Origin: Sodalis sp. Psp | GTDB taxonomy: Bacteria > Pseudomonadota > Gammaproteobacteria > Enterobacterales > Enterobacteriaceae | Assembly (NCBI GenBank): GCA_024648745.1 | Contig: JAHCVB010000002.1 | Location: 44,885-76,884, forward strand | Direction of reading: 5' to 3' | DNA length: 32,000 nucleotides | In this document: piece by piece, positions 11,787-23,413 of the stretch | How the letters are laid out: every line of letters begins with the position of its first letter | How positions within the stretch are numbered: position 1 is the stretch's first letter | Position numbers and translations under genes: made by a program | The notes under the pieces: model-generated | Databases searched by the model: none | What the model was told of the DNA's origin: nothing | The model's input: the letters and a program-made list of their open reading frames with translations, nothing else

Positions 11787-13415
11787 ATGGATTTGCAACG
11801 CAATATTCTTGTCATCGCTTTGCTGTTCGTGTCTTTTATAATCTGGCAAGCCTGGCAAACGGACCATGTTCCTAAGCCTACTGTCCAGACCGCGAACACC
11901 ACAACGGGTGACTCGGCTAGTCAAAAAGTGCCCGCCAGTAAACAAGGCCAACTCATTACAGTAAAAACCGATGTACTTTTGCTAAAAATCAACATTCGAG
12001 GTGGTGATATTGAGCACGCTTTCCTATTAACTTATCCCGATAAATTGGGTTCGCCACAGCCTTTCCATTTACTGGAAACTTCTCAGGAATTCGTCTATCA
12101 GGCGCAAAGTGGCCTGATTGGAAAACACGGTCCAGATAATTCCGCTAACAGTGAGCGTCCTCTCTTTACCTCCAATCAGGATACCTATATCCTGGCAGAC
12201 AATCGGAGAGAATTGAGGGTGCCACTGACCTATACAGCGCCAGACGGCACGGTATACACCAAAACCTTTACGCTGAAGCGCGGTAATTTTGCTCTAAATG
12301 TCAGTTACAGCATTAATAATGCTAGTACGAAACCTCTGGAGTTAACATTGTTTGGACAGCTCAAACAATCTATTAATTTGCCCAAGACGCGCGATAGCAG
12401 CAGCAATTTTGCACTACATACCTACCGCGGCGCAGCTTATTCCACCTTAGATGATAAATATCAGAAATTCAGCTTTAGAGATATTAAAGGAGAAAATCTG
12501 AGCGTCAGCACTGAAGGTGGCTGGATCGCCATGCTGCAGCAGTATTTTGCTACGGCCTGGGTGCCCTTCACACCAGGAAAAAACACGTTTTATACCACTG
12601 ACTTAGGTAACGGCCAAGTGGTGGTCGGCTTTAAATCTTCCTCTATCAGTGTTGCTCCTAGCAGTCAGAGTGTTCTAAAAGCTGCCTTGTGGCTGGGCCC
12701 AGAAATTCAGGATAAGATGGCGGCTATCGCTCCGCACCTGGACTTGACGGTCGATTACGGCTGGCTATGGTTTATTTCTCAACCGTTGTTTAAGCTCCTG
12801 AAGTTTATACACGGTTACATCGGCAACTGGGGGTTGTCTATTATCATTATCACCTTTATCGTGCGCGGTATCATGTACCCGCTGACTAAGGCACAATACA
12901 CCTCAATGGCCAAGATGCGTATGCTGCAACCGAAATTGGCGGTGATGCGTGAACGTTGGGGTGATGATAAGCAGCGCCAGAGCCAAGAGATGATGGCATT
13001 ATACAAAGCGGAGAAAGTCAATCCGCTAGGTGGCTGTCTGCCGCTGGTCATTCAAATGCCAATCTTCTTGGCACTGTATTACATGCTGTCGTGCTCTATC
13101 GAATTACGCCATGCACCATTCGCTCTGTGGATCCATGATTTGTCGGCTCAAGACCCGTGCTACGTCCTGCCAATTCTAATGGGCATCACCATGTTCTTCA
13201 TCCAGAAGATGTCGCCTACCACCGTGACTGATCCCATGCAACAGAAGATCATGGACTTTATGCCGGTAGTTTTTACTGTGTTCTTTCTGTGGTTCCCCTC
13301 TGGTTTAGTGATGTACTATATCGTCAGCAATCTTGTGACCATTATTCAACAGCAGCTTATTTATCGCGGGTTGGAAAAGCGCGGTCTACATAGTAGGGAT
13401 AAAAAAATCCAATAA
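11787..13415 (+). CDS. yidC: Membrane protein insertase YidC
   Basis: From the ATG at 11787, [23 protein letters not shown]... matches the E. coli YidC N-terminus [23 protein letters not shown]. The C-terminal stretch [28 protein letters not shown] is conserved. The tracked ORF start at 11688 lies inside yidD. Confidence 0.95.
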   Translation: MDLQRNILVIALLFVSFIIWQAWQTDHVPKPTVQTANTTTGDSASQKVPASKQGQLITVKTDVLLLKINIRGGDIEHAFLLTYPDKLGSPQPFHLLETSQEFVYQAQSGLIGKHGPDNSANSERPLFTSNQDTYILADNRRELRVPLTYTAPDGTVYTKTFTLKRGNFALNVSYSINNASTKPLELTLFGQLKQSINLPKTRDSSSNFALHTYRGAAYSTLDDKYQKFSFRDIKGENLSVSTEGGWIAMLQQYFATAWVPFTPGKNTFYTTDLGNGQVVVGFKSSSISVAPSSQSVLKAALWLGPEIQDKMAAIAPHLDLTVDYGWLWFISQPLFKLLKFIHGYIGNWGLSIIIITFIVRGIMYPLTKAQYTSMAKMRMLQPKLAVMRERWGDDKQRQSQEMMALYKAEKVNPLGGCLPLVIQMPIFLALYYMLSCSIELRHAPFALWIHDLSAQDPCYVLPILMGITMFFIQKMSPTTVTDPMQQKIMDFMPVVFTVFFLWFPSGLVMYYIVSNLVTIIQQQLIYRGLEKRGLHSRDKKIQ

Positions 13416-13520
13416 CGGCATGCTCTGCCTGATAGTCACTCTTGCTAAGAGAGTCAATAGTTAATAACTGACATAATTTTAATTTTTAACTATGCCCCAT
13501 GGCGCGAAGCGAGTGTTTCC

Positions 13521-14888
13521 ATGAGCCAAACAGCGGACACCATCGTTGCTCCTGCCACCCCCCTTGGTCGCGGAGGGGTGGGGGTTTTGCGTGTCTCAGG
13601 CCCTTTGGTCGCTACAGTAGGCTGCGAGTTACTAGGAAAGTTGCCGCGGCCGCGCCAAGCAGAATATTTGCCCTTTCGCGATAGTGACGGCGCCACGCTG
13701 GATCAGGGCATCGCCCTGTTCTTTCCGGGACCCCATTCCTTTACCGGTGAAGATGTCTTGGAATTACAGGGTCATGGTGGTCCAGTAATATTAGATCTAT
13801 TGCTGAAACGGATCGTATCTCTGCCTGGAATACGTATTGCCCACCCCGGCGAGTTTTCGGAACGCGCTTTTTTAAACAACAAGCTGGATCTAGCGCAGGC
13901 AGAGGCTATCGCTGATCTTATAGATGCTAGCTCGGCTCAAGCGGCCCGCTTGGCGGTCAACTCGCTGCAGGGCGTTTTTTCTGACCGTATGCGTGAACTT
14001 GTTGAAGCGATTACTAACTTGCGCATCTATATTGAAGCAGCTATTGATTTCCCGGATGAGGAGATTGATTTTTTGTCCAACGGTGAAATCGAAGCTAGTT
14101 TGAACGATGTCATCGTCAATCTTAACCGAGTACGTACCGAAGCGCGCCAGGGCAGTTTACTTCGAGAAGGAATGAAGGTTGTTATCGCTGGTAAGCCTAA
14201 CTCTGGAAAATCCAGTCTTCTAAACGCTCTAGCTGGCCGTGAGACCGCTATCGTTACCTCCATTGCAGGAACGACTCGCGATATCCTGTGTGAGCATATC
14301 CATTTGGATGGTATGCCGCTACAAATTATCGACACTGCTGGTCTGCGTGATGCCAGCGACGAGATAGAACGCATTGGCATCGAGCGTGCCTGGCATGAAA
14401 TTAAACAGGCAGATCATGTGTTGCTGATGGTAGACGGTACCGTTAGCCGTCTTAGCGATCCAGATATACTTTTGCCAACATTTGTCACCCGTTTGCCAAA
14501 AAAAATTCCGGTCACGGTGGTACGTAATAAAGCCGATCTGACCGGTGAAAAAATAGGTAAATTTAAAGTGAGAGGTCACTGTCTTATTACTATCTCGGTG
14601 CAATCTGGAGAAGGATTGGATCTGCTGCGCACTCACCTAAAGCAGAGTATAGGCTTCACCGGCAGCACGGAAGGGAGATTTCTGGCACGCCGGCGGCACT
14701 TGGACGCACTGGAGACCGCTGCTTTCCACCTGGAGCAGGGTAAGGAGAAGTTAATAGTCAACTATGCCGGCGAATTATTGGCAGAAGAGCTACGACTGGC
14801 GCAGCAAGCACTTAATGAAATTACCGGAGAATTCAGTTCGGGTGATCTGCTCGAACAAATTTTTTCGAGATTCTGCATTGGTAAGTGA
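13521..14888 (+). CDS. mnmE: tRNA modification GTPase MnmE (TrmE)
   Basis: This is a 455-aa ORF. It has the G-domain P-loop [14 protein letters not shown], the motif DTAGLR, and the C-terminal CIGK motif. It is colinear with E. coli MnmE and lies downstream of yidC. Confidence 0.95.
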   Translation: MSQTADTIVAPATPLGRGGVGVLRVSGPLVATVGCELLGKLPRPRQAEYLPFRDSDGATLDQGIALFFPGPHSFTGEDVLELQGHGGPVILDLLLKRIVSLPGIRIAHPGEFSERAFLNNKLDLAQAEAIADLIDASSAQAARLAVNSLQGVFSDRMRELVEAITNLRIYIEAAIDFPDEEIDFLSNGEIEASLNDVIVNLNRVRTEARQGSLLREGMKVVIAGKPNSGKSSLLNALAGRETAIVTSIAGTTRDILCEHIHLDGMPLQIIDTAGLRDASDEIERIGIERAWHEIKQADHVLLMVDGTVSRLSDPDILLPTFVTRLPKKIPVTVVRNKADLTGEKIGKFKVRGHCLITISVQSGEGLDLLRTHLKQSIGFTGSTEGRFLARRRHLDALETAAFHLEQGKEKLIVNYAGELLAEELRLAQQALNEITGEFSSGDLLEQIFSRFCIGK

Positions 14889-14999
14889 GTCAAATTTTGA
14901 CAATTTCTACCTGGCACCTCTTCTCATCCACATTACTGCTCCCAAGGGGAACTTTCACATCTATCTCTGTGCCATTGAACAGACTTTTGTATGCTGATG

Positions 15000-15804
15000 T
15001 TTTATTCTTAACTTAAGAAAAGGTACTTAAAGCAGCTTTACATTGAGATTGACTTTGTCAAAATAAAATACTTATCGCATAGGCATAAAAGTGAGTATAT
15101 GATATTACATATAATGTAAGTATCCAGCTAGGATATTTCAGTATAATAATAGATATATTGGGGCAGTATTAATATTTGCATTATGTTTCGTTGACACAAA
15201 CAAGCAACCCTTTGTGAAGTTCATAAAAGCACATTGATCAAAGTAACTTAGGGTGATGAAGATAATTTCCTGGTTTTCAGAATTGGCTCAGTCTCCCTGA
15301 TAACTACGTCGTGAGTACACATCAGTAATTAATTTAACCATGCCAAATGATAAGGTAATGTACTAGCCTAATCAAATTAATAAGTTGACGTTAGGTTAAC
15401 AAATACTACTAACTATTTCTCTTTTAGTTATTAAAGATTCAAAACTAACAATTAATAAATGGCTACAGAAAATACTTGCTGTAAATTAAGAATAATAATC
15501 TTTGTTAGTATATTTATAAAAGTAAAACCAAATGATAGTATTATAGATATTTAGTTTAATATTCATTTATTAAAAATTTATATTGTTAAAGTATTTTAAT
15601 GATAAAAATTAATGTGACTTCATACATCATCTGTAGTTCTCTCATTCCATTAATAATACGATACTTCTTCAGAAGGAAACTGCTTTCTGCGAATATTTAA
15701 GGAGATAGATTTGGAATAGCCCTAGAAAAAGTTATATGATCAATAGTTAGAAGCCACCAGTAATGCCTATATTTATATTGTAGGGGTGCTTTATTGTCCA
15801 TCAT
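15000..15804 (-). pseudogene. ppiD: Heavily eroded ppiD (only the 5' part is recognisable; the left boundary is uncertain)
   Basis: The minus strand has ATGATGGAC at 15804..15796 (MMD, as in E. coli PpiD MMDSLR). This lies 187 nt downstream of hupB, which is similar to the E. coli spacing as I recall it. It is followed in shifting frames by ITGGF*LLI (cf. LTGVSGYLI) and KSISLNIRRKQFPSE (cf. KVNDQEISRGQFENA). The rest has decayed into extremely AT-rich sequence with no ORF. Confidence 0.5.
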
Positions 15805-15991
15805 GACGTGACTTCACTACTTTTGAATAAATGAAACATCTAGGTTGGCAACCAACACGCTGGCTTCTTATCTGTCGTAGCCCCAAAGTTAATGCACATT
15901 AACTTTATTATTCAGTAACATTCATCATATTTTGTCAGCAAGCACTGCGTCATCTGGTATTTTCTTAACGCTAGTAAGAACAGAGAAGTTA

Positions 15992-16264
15992 TTAGTTTAC
16001 CGCGTCTTTCAGTCCTTTACCGGCACGAAAGCCTGGTACTTTAGCAGCAGCAATAGTAATCTCTTCACCAGTCTGTGGGTTCCGGCCGATGCGGGCAGAA
16101 CGCTCACGTACGGTGAAGGTACCAAATCCTACTAGAGCAACATCATTTCCTTGTTGCAGAGATTCTGTAACTGAATCAATAATTGCATCTAATGCACGGC
16201 CAGCGGCCGCTTTAGAGATATCAGCGCTTACAGCAATTTTGTTGATTAGTTGTGATTTATTCAC
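15992..16264 (-). CDS. hupB: DNA-binding protein HU-beta
   Basis: From the GTG at 16264 (SD-like GAAAGGGGA upstream) the sequence reads [90 protein letters not shown]. This is 90 aa and nearly identical to E. coli HupB. The 19 extra codons in the tracked ORF are not homologous. Confidence 0.93.
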   Translation of the reverse strand: MNKSQLINKIAVSADISKAAAGRALDAIIDSVTESLQQGNDVALVGFGTFTVRERSARIGRNPQTGEEITIAAAKVPGFRAGKGLKDAVN

Positions 16265-16374
16265 TTTTATCCCCTTTCGATTCTCATATAGTACAGATAC
16301 TATATCAAACCTTAACACCACAACAGACTTAACCTACCAACGCTTCGACCTAACAACTTACTAACTTAACGGTA

Positions 16375-16404
16375 TAAAAAAGACTGAAAGTTCGATTGAG
16401 TCTG
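16375..16404 (-). terminator. Weak candidate intrinsic terminator downstream of lon
   Basis: On the minus strand the sequence is AGACT-13 nt-AGTCT followed by TTTTTT, about 25 nt after the lon stop. The stem is only 5 bp and the loop is large. Confidence 0.3.
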
Positions 16405-16427
16405 CTAGCCTTTCTTACGAGTTTATT

Positions 16428-18800
16428 TTACATTATCCCTTTTTTGTACACTTCTGGCGTCACTTCAATGCAGAATGGAGCATTCTGTAACGACAGATTC
16501 AGTACCTCATCAATGCGCTGTACCGGATGAATATTCAAATCGTTTATCACGTTGGCAGGCATGTCTTCTAGATCTCGTTTATTTTCATAAGGGATCAGAA
16601 CGATTTTGAGGCCGCCGCGGTGCGCTGCCAGTAACTTCTCCTTCAGGCCACCGATGGGAAGCACTTGACCGCGCAGGGTAATTTCTCCAGTCATCGCCAC
16701 GTTGGCTTTCACCGGGTTTCCGGTCAAACAGGACACAAGTGCAGTACACACGGCGATACCGGCGCTCGGACCATCCTTAGGCGTGGCACCTTCCGGTACA
16801 TGAACGTGGATATCCCGCTTTTCATAAAAATCGGGATTAATGCCAAGCTTATCCGCTCGAGCACGTACCACGGTCAATGCCGCCTGGATAGATTCTTGCA
16901 TAACTTCACCCAGAGAGCCGGTATAAGTCAGTTTGCCTTTTCCGAATACACAGGCGGTTTCTATAGTAAGCAGATCTCCCCCCACCTCGGTCCACGCCAG
17001 GCCGGTCACCTGGCCAATACGATTCTCGCCTTCTGCGTGGCCATAATCGAAACGCTGAACACCCAGGAAATTCTTTAGATTGTCAGCGCTAACGATGATA
17101 TGTCTGATGCTCTTGTCCATCAGCAGGATTTTCACCGTCTTACGGCACAGTTTTGAGATTTCACGTTCTAGACTGCGCACTCCAGCTTCCCGAGTGTAGT
17201 AACGGATAATGTTTGCCAGGGCATTGTCCTCTACCATCAACTCGCCCTTCTTCAATGCATTACGCTCCAGCTGCTTGGGTAGCAGATGCTGACGGGCGAT
17301 GTTTAGCTTCTCATCTTCGGTGTAACCTGATAGACGAATCACCTCCATACGGTCCAGGAGCGGTGCTGAGATATTCATTGAATTGGAAGTTGCAACAAAC
17401 ATCACGTCAGAGAGGTCGTAATCTACTTCTAGATAGTGGTCATTGAACGCCACGTTTTGTTCCGGATCCAACACTTCCAGTAGTGCTGCTGCCGGATCGC
17501 CACGCATGTCCGAAGACATTTTGTCGATTTCATCGAGCAGGAATAGGGGGTTTTTCACACCAACCTTAGACATTTTCTGAATCAGCTTGCCTGGCATGGA
17601 GCCGATGTAGGTACGGCGATGCCCGCGGATTTCCGCTTCATCGCGCATGCCGCCTAGTGCCATACGCACGTATTTCCGTCCTGTAGCCTTGGCAATGGAC
17701 TGGCCTAGAGAGGTTTTCCCAACTCCTGGTGATCCCACCAGACACAAGATTGGCCCCTTGATTTTTCTGACTCGGCTCTGTACTGCCAGGTATTCCAGAA
17801 TACGATCTTTAACCCGTTCCAGCCCGTAATGATCCTTATCAAGGACCTCTTGTGCCTTAACTAAATCTTTTTTAACTTTGCTGCGCGCATACCAGGGCAC
17901 AGATAACATCCACTCGATGTAACCGCGTACGACAGTCGCCTCAGCGGACATCGGTGACATCATCTTCAATTTCTGCAGTTCCGCCTCGGTCTTTTCTTGT
18001 GCTTCCTGCGGCATTTTAGCTGCTTCTATCTTGCGCTTGAGTGCTTCATTTTCGTCCGGTGTGCCATCCATTTCGTCCAGTTCTTTCTGAATTGCTTTCA
18101 TCTGCTCATTTAGATAATACTCTCGTTGGCTTTTTTCCATCTGTTTTTTGACGCGGTTACGGATACGTTTTTCCACTTGCAGCAGGTCGATTTCCGACTC
18201 CATTATCTCCATCAGGTATTCCAGTCGTTCGGTCACGTCGGTCATTTCTAACACTGACTGTTTGTCGGCTAACTTTAGCGGCATATGGGCGGTGATGGTG
18301 TCCGCCAGACGGGCAGCATCATCGATGCTATTTAAAGAGGTCAATACTTCAGGAGGGATTTTTTTGTTCAATTTAATATAACCTTCAAACTGATTAATCG
18401 CGGTACGAACTAATACTTCCTGCTCGCGCTCATCCAGTTCGGGAGAGTCAAAACAGTCCGCCTCGGCGGTAAAGTGATCTCCGCTGTCCGCCAGTTCAAT
18501 GATACGAGCGCGGGTCAACCCTTCTACCAGCACTTTTACCGTGCCGTCTGGCAGTTTAAGCATCTGTAGAATGGACGATATCGTTCCGACTGAAAAAAGA
18601 TCGTTAATACCAGGCTCGTCAGTTGAAGCCTCTTTTTGAGCTACCAACATGATTTTTTTATCACTCTCCATAGCTGCTTCAAGACACCGAATCGATTTTT
18701 CCCGACCAACGAACAGCGGGATGACCATATGCGGATAGACCACCACATCGCGCAGAGGCAATACAGGAATTTCTATGCGTTCGGAACGATCAGCATTCAT
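16428..18800 (-). CDS. lon: ATP-dependent Lon protease
   Basis: This is a 790-aa ORF. RSERIEIPVLPLRDVVVYPHMVIPLFVGREKSIRCLEAAM is identical or near-identical to E. coli Lon. The Walker A motif GSPGVGKTS and the catalytic-serine region PKDGPSAGIA are present. Confidence 0.97.
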   Translation of the reverse strand: MNADRSERIEIPVLPLRDVVVYPHMVIPLFVGREKSIRCLEAAMESDKKIMLVAQKEASTDEPGINDLFSVGTISSILQMLKLPDGTVKVLVEGLTRARIIELADSGDHFTAEADCFDSPELDEREQEVLVRTAINQFEGYIKLNKKIPPEVLTSLNSIDDAARLADTITAHMPLKLADKQSVLEMTDVTERLEYLMEIMESEIDLLQVEKRIRNRVKKQMEKSQREYYLNEQMKAIQKELDEMDGTPDENEALKRKIEAAKMPQEAQEKTEAELQKLKMMSPMSAEATVVRGYIEWMLSVPWYARSKVKKDLVKAQEVLDKDHYGLERVKDRILEYLAVQSRVRKIKGPILCLVGSPGVGKTSLGQSIAKATGRKYVRMALGGMRDEAEIRGHRRTYIGSMPGKLIQKMSKVGVKNPLFLLDEIDKMSSDMRGDPAAALLEVLDPEQNVAFNDHYLEVDYDLSDVMFVATSNSMNISAPLLDRMEVIRLSGYTEDEKLNIARQHLLPKQLERNALKKGELMVEDNALANIIRYYTREAGVRSLEREISKLCRKTVKILLMDKSIRHIIVSADNLKNFLGVQRFDYGHAEGENRIGQVTGLAWTEVGGDLLTIETACVFGKGKLTYTGSLGEVMQESIQAALTVVRARADKLGINPDFYEKRDIHVHVPEGATPKDGPSAGIAVCTALVSCLTGNPVKANVAMTGEITLRGQVLPIGGLKEKLLAAHRGGLKIVLIPYENKRDLEDMPANVINDLNIHPVQRIDEVLNLSLQNAPFCIEVTPEVYKKGIM

Positions 18801-18890
18801 AGAGCTCTCTCTTATAGTTTAACTTCTGCCAGGTTTGTAGAATGTGCAAAAACTAGGCTTTTGTCAGTTTCAACAACTAGGTATTTGAGT

Positions 18891-18917
18891 ATATAGGGTC
18901 GAACCACTTACATTCAA
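18891..18917 (-). promoter_or_regulatory. Sigma32 (heat-shock) type promoter of lon
   Basis: The minus strand reads GCCGTTGAATGTAAGTGGTTCGACCCTATATACTC. The -35 element is TTGAAT, the spacer is 13 nt, and the -10 element is CCCTATAT. It closely resembles the E. coli lon sigma32 promoter (..GCGTTGAAT..N13..CCCCATAT..) and lies about 80 nt upstream of the lon ATG. Confidence 0.6.
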
Positions 18918-18931
18918 CGGCAGGTATTTTT

Positions 18932-18961
18932 GAAAAGAAACGGGGGAATAAAATCCCCCCG
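18932..18961 (-). terminator. Rho-independent terminator downstream of clpX
   Basis: The minus strand reads CGGGGGG-ATTTTA-TTCCCCCG, a GC-rich stem, followed by TTTCTTTTC. It starts about 45 nt after the clpX stop and lies just upstream of the lon promoter. Confidence 0.7.
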
Positions 18962-19004
18962 CTGGACGTAGTAAAACAGTTCAAGCGCTGCCACAATCGC
19001 TACG

Positions 19005-20279
19005 TTACTCGCCAGATGCCTGCTGGGTTTCATGCTTACCGTAAATAAGCAACGGCTCAGACTGACCTGAGATAACTGCTTCGTCGATCACCACTTTTTC
19101 TATGCAGTGCTGGGAAGGCAATTCATACATGATTTCCAACAATGCACCCTCCACGATGGAACGCAAACCACGGGCACCAGTTTTGCGTGTCATAGCTTGT
19201 TTAGCAATAGCCGCCAGTGCCTCATCGCGGAATTCCAGCTGAACGCCTTCTAAGTTGAACAACGCTTGATACTGTTTGGTTAATGCGTTCTTTGGCTCAT
19301 GTAGGATCTGGAACAGTGCATCTTCGCTTAATTCATTTAGCGTCGCCACGACTGGGAGACGGCCGATGAACTCAGGGATTAAGCCAAATTTAATTAGATC
19401 TTCTGGCTCCACTTGTGCTAGTAGCTCACCTTCGGTGACTTTCTCTGAACTACCTTTCACTGTGGCGCTAAAGCCGATGCCGTAGTTGACTTCGGTGCGC
19501 TGCTCAATGACTTTATCTAAGCCGGCGAACGCACCGCCGCAGATAAACAAGATCTTCGATGTGTCCACCTGCAAAAACTCTTGCTGAGGATGTTTGCGTC
19601 CGCCTTGCGGCGGCACCGCGGCCACGGTGCCTTCGATCAATTTCAGCAATGCCTGTTGTACCCCTTCGCCGGACACATCACGTGTAATAGAAGGATTATC
19701 CGACTTACGGGAGATTTTATCGATCTCATCGATATACACGATACCGCACTGTGCTTTTTGTACATCGTAATCACATCTTTGTAGTAGTTTCTGAATGATA
19801 TTTTCTACATCCTCGCCTACGTATCCTGCTTCGGTGAGAGTAGTCGCGTCAGCCATGGTGAAAGGCACGTCTAGAAAACGGGCTAGTGTTTCTGCTAGCA
19901 AAGTCTTGCCACTACCGGTTGGCCCAATCAGCAAAATGTTGCTTTTCCCGAGCTCTATGCCATTATTGATGTCGCCATTACGCAAACGTTTATAATGATT
20001 GTACACTGCCACTGCGAGCACTTTTTTAGCTTTTTCCTGACCGATGACATAATCGTCCAGGTGGTTACGGATTTCATGAGGCGTCGACAGTGCACCGCAT
20101 TCACGATTTGGTGTGACTTCTTTTATCTCTTCGCGGATAATATCGTTGCATAAATCGACACATTCATCGCAGATATACACAGATGGCCCGGCGATCAGCT
20201 TGCGAACCTCATGCTGACTTTTACCGCAGAAAGAACAATATAGTAACTTCCCTGAACCGTCTTTGCGCTTATCTGTCAT
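19005..20279 (-). CDS. clpX: ATP-dependent Clp protease ATP-binding subunit ClpX
   Basis: This is a 424-aa ORF, the same length as E. coli ClpX. It has the zinc-finger region [30 protein letters not shown] and the Walker A motif [11 protein letters not shown]. Confidence 0.97.
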   Translation of the reverse strand: MTDKRKDGSGKLLYCSFCGKSQHEVRKLIAGPSVYICDECVDLCNDIIREEIKEVTPNRECGALSTPHEIRNHLDDYVIGQEKAKKVLAVAVYNHYKRLRNGDINNGIELGKSNILLIGPTGSGKTLLAETLARFLDVPFTMADATTLTEAGYVGEDVENIIQKLLQRCDYDVQKAQCGIVYIDEIDKISRKSDNPSITRDVSGEGVQQALLKLIEGTVAAVPPQGGRKHPQQEFLQVDTSKILFICGGAFAGLDKVIEQRTEVNYGIGFSATVKGSSEKVTEGELLAQVEPEDLIKFGLIPEFIGRLPVVATLNELSEDALFQILHEPKNALTKQYQALFNLEGVQLEFRDEALAAIAKQAMTRKTGARGLRSIVEGALLEIMYELPSQHCIEKVVIDEAVISGQSEPLLIYGKHETQQASGE

Positions 20280-20425
20280 CAGTAAACCTCTTTTCTTTAA
20301 TTGTCTTTGTCCTGCAGGCTAGTCCAGAGCGGTAACACAACGGACGAATTTAAAGTCGGTCGTTGTTGGAAGAATAAATTGTTCCGCATAGTGCAACTAC
20401 AGTTTAACTTTCCGCCATTAAACTT

Positions 20426-21046
20426 TTACGCGCGCTGGCTCAATACGGAATCCACCAATCCATAGTCTACCGCCTCTGAGGCGGAGAGGAAACGATCGCG
20501 TTCGGTATCTTTTTCTATTATCTTGAGAGGCTGCCCCGTATGTTGCGCCATTAATTCATTCATTCGCGCCTTAACCTTCAGAATTTCCTTGGAGTGAATT
20601 TCAATATCGGTGGCTTGGCCCTGGAAGCCGCCCAGCGGCTGATGAATCATCACGCGTGAGTTGGGTAGACAGAAACGCTTATCTTTGGCGCCGGCCGCCA
20701 GCAGAAAAGCTCCCATGGAAGCTGCTTGTCCCATGCAAAACGTGCTCACATCAGGTTTGATGAATTGCATAGTGTCATAAATTGACATCCCGGCGGTAAT
20801 CACGCCACCTGGCGAATTAATGTACAAATAGATGGCTTTTTCCGGATTTTCCGCTTCCAAAAACATCATCTGCGCGACAATCAAATTCGCCATATAATCT
20901 TCGATCTGTCCGGTCACGAATATGATGCGCTCTTTCAACAGTCGCGAAAAAATATCGTATGAGCGCTCTCCGCGTGAAGTTTGTTCTACTACCATTGGCA
21001 CTAGAGTTATGTGAGGCGCAAAGCGATCTTCACCACTGTACGACAT
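20426..21046 (-). CDS. clpP: ATP-dependent Clp protease proteolytic subunit ClpP
   Basis: This is a 206-aa ORF. MSYSGE...[29 protein letters not shown] is colinear with E. coli ClpP. The catalytic regions [11 protein letters not shown] and MIHQPLGG are present. Confidence 0.96.
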   Translation of the reverse strand: MSYSGEDRFAPHITLVPMVVEQTSRGERSYDIFSRLLKERIIFVTGQIEDYMANLIVAQMMFLEAENPEKAIYLYINSPGGVITAGMSIYDTMQFIKPDVSTFCMGQAASMGAFLLAAGAKDKRFCLPNSRVMIHQPLGGFQGQATDIEIHSKEILKVKARMNELMAQHTGQPLKIIEKDTERDRFLSASEAVDYGLVDSVLSQRA

Positions 21047-21369
21047 TACCTTCTCCTAAAAATAAAGCCTTTTCATCTGGGTTTCTGATTTTATATATAA
21101 AAGCTGTAGCACGATCGCCATGTCCTTCAAGTGGACACCAGTCCGCTGAACGGTTTAGATCTACACCAGCCTGCGTGGTATAACCTCTTCTAGTTAGGAG
21201 ATCGACAAGTCTTTTCTCCTTTTTTTAACATTGCTCACTTGCCAAATATAGCGCTTTGTCGCCAGAGGTAGTTATGAAAATTTATACAAACAATAAATTT
21301 GCCAATATAATGATGACAGGATGTTAAAGATTTAAACTTTATGCATGTTCGTTCTGAGGAGCGCTGTGC

Positions 21370-22677
21370 TCAGGCAACGCTCGGCTGGCTTACCAGTTCG
21401 ATGAAGCCAGTTTCTTTTTCTATCACGCGAACATTGGCAAGCAGCGCTTCTATTGCTTGTTCTTCCAACGCCACGTTGCGCATGTTATTCATCAGATCTT
21501 TATTCTTATTGTAAAACTCGATGACTTCTTTTGGATTTTCATAGATGGACCCCTTTTCTTCAATCAGCGCGTTCACAAGGGCTTCATCCACTTTCAATTC
21601 GTGTTTACGGATAATTTCGCCTAACAGCAAACCGACCTTGACGCGATGTTTGGCTTGCTCTTCAAACAATTCGCGAGGTAATTCCAGCGCCTGCTTCTCG
21701 TTGTACCCGAAACGCTGTATCATCTGGTTTTTAAGTACGTTGATTTCAACGTTGACCAAAGCTATGGGTACATCAATGTCATCGTTAGTCTGCAACAGGC
21801 CGTTGATGATCTGAGCTTTCATACGGTTGCGCACAGCGCTTTTCAGTTCGCGCTCCATGTTTTTACGTACTTCAGCGCGCAGACTTTCAACAGAACCATC
21901 AGCGATTCCAAAATGTTTGATAAAGGCCTCATCTAGCTCCGGTAGTTTGCACTGTTCAACTTTCTTCAGCACAATGGTAAAGTTGGCAACTTTACCTTTC
22001 AGGTTTCCTACATGATAGTCTTCAGGAAAGGTAACGCCGATGACGAAGCTATCGTCAGCTTTATGGCCGATAATGCCTTCTTCAAAACTAGAGATTATCT
22101 GCCCTTGCCCCATGGTTAGTACAAAGTCAATAGCCTTACCGCCGTCAAAAGCTTTGCCGTCAATAGTTCCGGTAAAGTTCATGGTAACGCGGTCTTCGGC
22201 TCTAGCGGCGTCAATGGTTTCTTTCCAGTCGGCTTGATATCTACGCAGTTTTTCCAGCATGACATTGACATCAGCGTCTTTCACTTCCACTAACGGTTTT
22301 TCGACTACAATACTGTCCAGACCTGTTAGTTTTACTTTAGGGCAAACTTCAAATTCCACCGAATAGCAGAAATCTTCACCGATTTTGTATTCTCCAGGTA
22401 TATAATTCGATATACTAATTGGTTTGATTTTTTCCTTAATAATGGTGTTGACAAAATTACGCTGCATCAGGTCACTCAGGACATCCTGACGTATGGAGGC
22501 GCCATAGCGTTTCGTAACGATGTTCATGGGGACTCTCCCTTTACGAAAACCGTTGATGCGAATTTTTTTTGCGATATTCACCAGTTCGTCCCTGACCGCT
22601 TTTTCAATTGCTTCGGCGGTAATGGTAACATTTACACGGCGCCATAAGCCTTCAGTGGTTTCAATAGACATTTGCAT
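21370..22677 (-). CDS. tig: Trigger factor
   Basis: This is a 435-aa ORF. It contains [19 protein letters not shown] and the ribosome-binding motif GFRKGRVP. It is colinear with E. coli Tig throughout and sits in the tig-clpP-clpX-lon order. Confidence 0.96.
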   Translation of the reverse strand: MQMSIETTEGLWRRVNVTITAEAIEKAVRDELVNIAKKIRINGFRKGRVPMNIVTKRYGASIRQDVLSDLMQRNFVNTIIKEKIKPISISNYIPGEYKIGEDFCYSVEFEVCPKVKLTGLDSIVVEKPLVEVKDADVNVMLEKLRRYQADWKETIDAARAEDRVTMNFTGTIDGKAFDGGKAIDFVLTMGQGQIISSFEEGIIGHKADDSFVIGVTFPEDYHVGNLKGKVANFTIVLKKVEQCKLPELDEAFIKHFGIADGSVESLRAEVRKNMERELKSAVRNRMKAQIINGLLQTNDDIDVPIALVNVEINVLKNQMIQRFGYNEKQALELPRELFEEQAKHRVKVGLLLGEIIRKHELKVDEALVNALIEEKGSIYENPKEVIEFYNKNKDLMNNMRNVALEEQAIEALLANVRVIEKETGFIELVSQPSVA

Positions 22678-22892
22678 CTCGTTACCTCAAAAATCACAGT
22701 AGTTTGATTAATGCCAGAGGTCATCTTCAAAGCAGCATTCCTCTAAGGTCTACTAATATGAAAATGATCTCTCAAGTTTCGGGTGATCTTGAAACACGAT
22801 ATTATAGCGGAATAGGATTTATGAGTCGAGAATAGCGTGGGATCACCAAAGACTGTTTAAGTTGTCTGCACAGAACAGAACCCTGACACGGC

Positions 22893-23213
22893 CTAGTAGA
22901 CCATTGGTCCAGTTCCACGACACGGAGGTGAATCTGGCACTATATCGTGTAGTTCTTTCCATTCTCTTACAGTGTAGGTATGCAACGCCAGCGCATGCAC
23001 AATACCAGCCAGCTCTTCCTCTAAAACGCCATATACTGCGCGATGTCGGTTCAAAATACACTCATCGTTAAACCGGTCACTGACTAAGATCACCTTAAAA
23101 TGACTCTCATAGCTCATTGGGACATTATGGCGATCACTTTCATCTACTACATCCAAATAAAGCGGATTAAACTCTGCTCTGATTTTTTTTTCTATTTGCT
23201 CACGAATCATCAT
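22893..23213 (-). CDS. bolA: Stress/morphogene transcriptional regulator BolA
   Basis: This is a 106-aa [18 protein letters not shown]...[22 protein letters not shown]...[12 protein letters not shown] is colinear with E. coli BolA (105 aa). Confidence 0.9.
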   Translation of the reverse strand: MMIREQIEKKIRAEFNPLYLDVVDESDRHNVPMSYESHFKVILVSDRFNDECILNRHRAVYGVLEEELAGIVHALALHTYTVREWKELHDIVPDSPPCRGTGPMVY

Positions 23214-23413
23214 TATTTCCTCGACAGATAAAGCCTACCCAGTTCGAACTTTAGTTGAAAACTTCTCTAACTCTCAGACCAAGCACCTTCAGGTGCGGTG
23301 TCACAAACACTTCCATCCTCGACTACTCTTCCAGTCAGTACTAATAATAACCTCGCCAGTTTCTGCAAGATCTCGCGCTTATACATCTCCCAAGCGAAAA
23401 TGGCAATAAACAA

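Noticed and set aside
15888-15903. A palindrome GTTAATG-CA-CATTAAC, together with GGTTG-G-CAACC at 15843..15853, in the hupB-ppiD spacer.
   Set aside because: These are short inverted repeats that could be leftover operator sites of the dead ppiD promoter or chance. I cannot tie them to a known regulator consensus.
14889-15991. The very AT-rich, ORF-free region considered as a relocated replication origin (oriC), given that dnaA is only 4 kb away.
   Set aside because: I could find no TTATCCACA-type DnaA box cluster. There are only two GATC sites and no 13-mer-like AT repeats in register. The region is explained by a decayed ppiD. The perfect DnaA box and the GATC cluster are in the dnaA promoter spacer instead.
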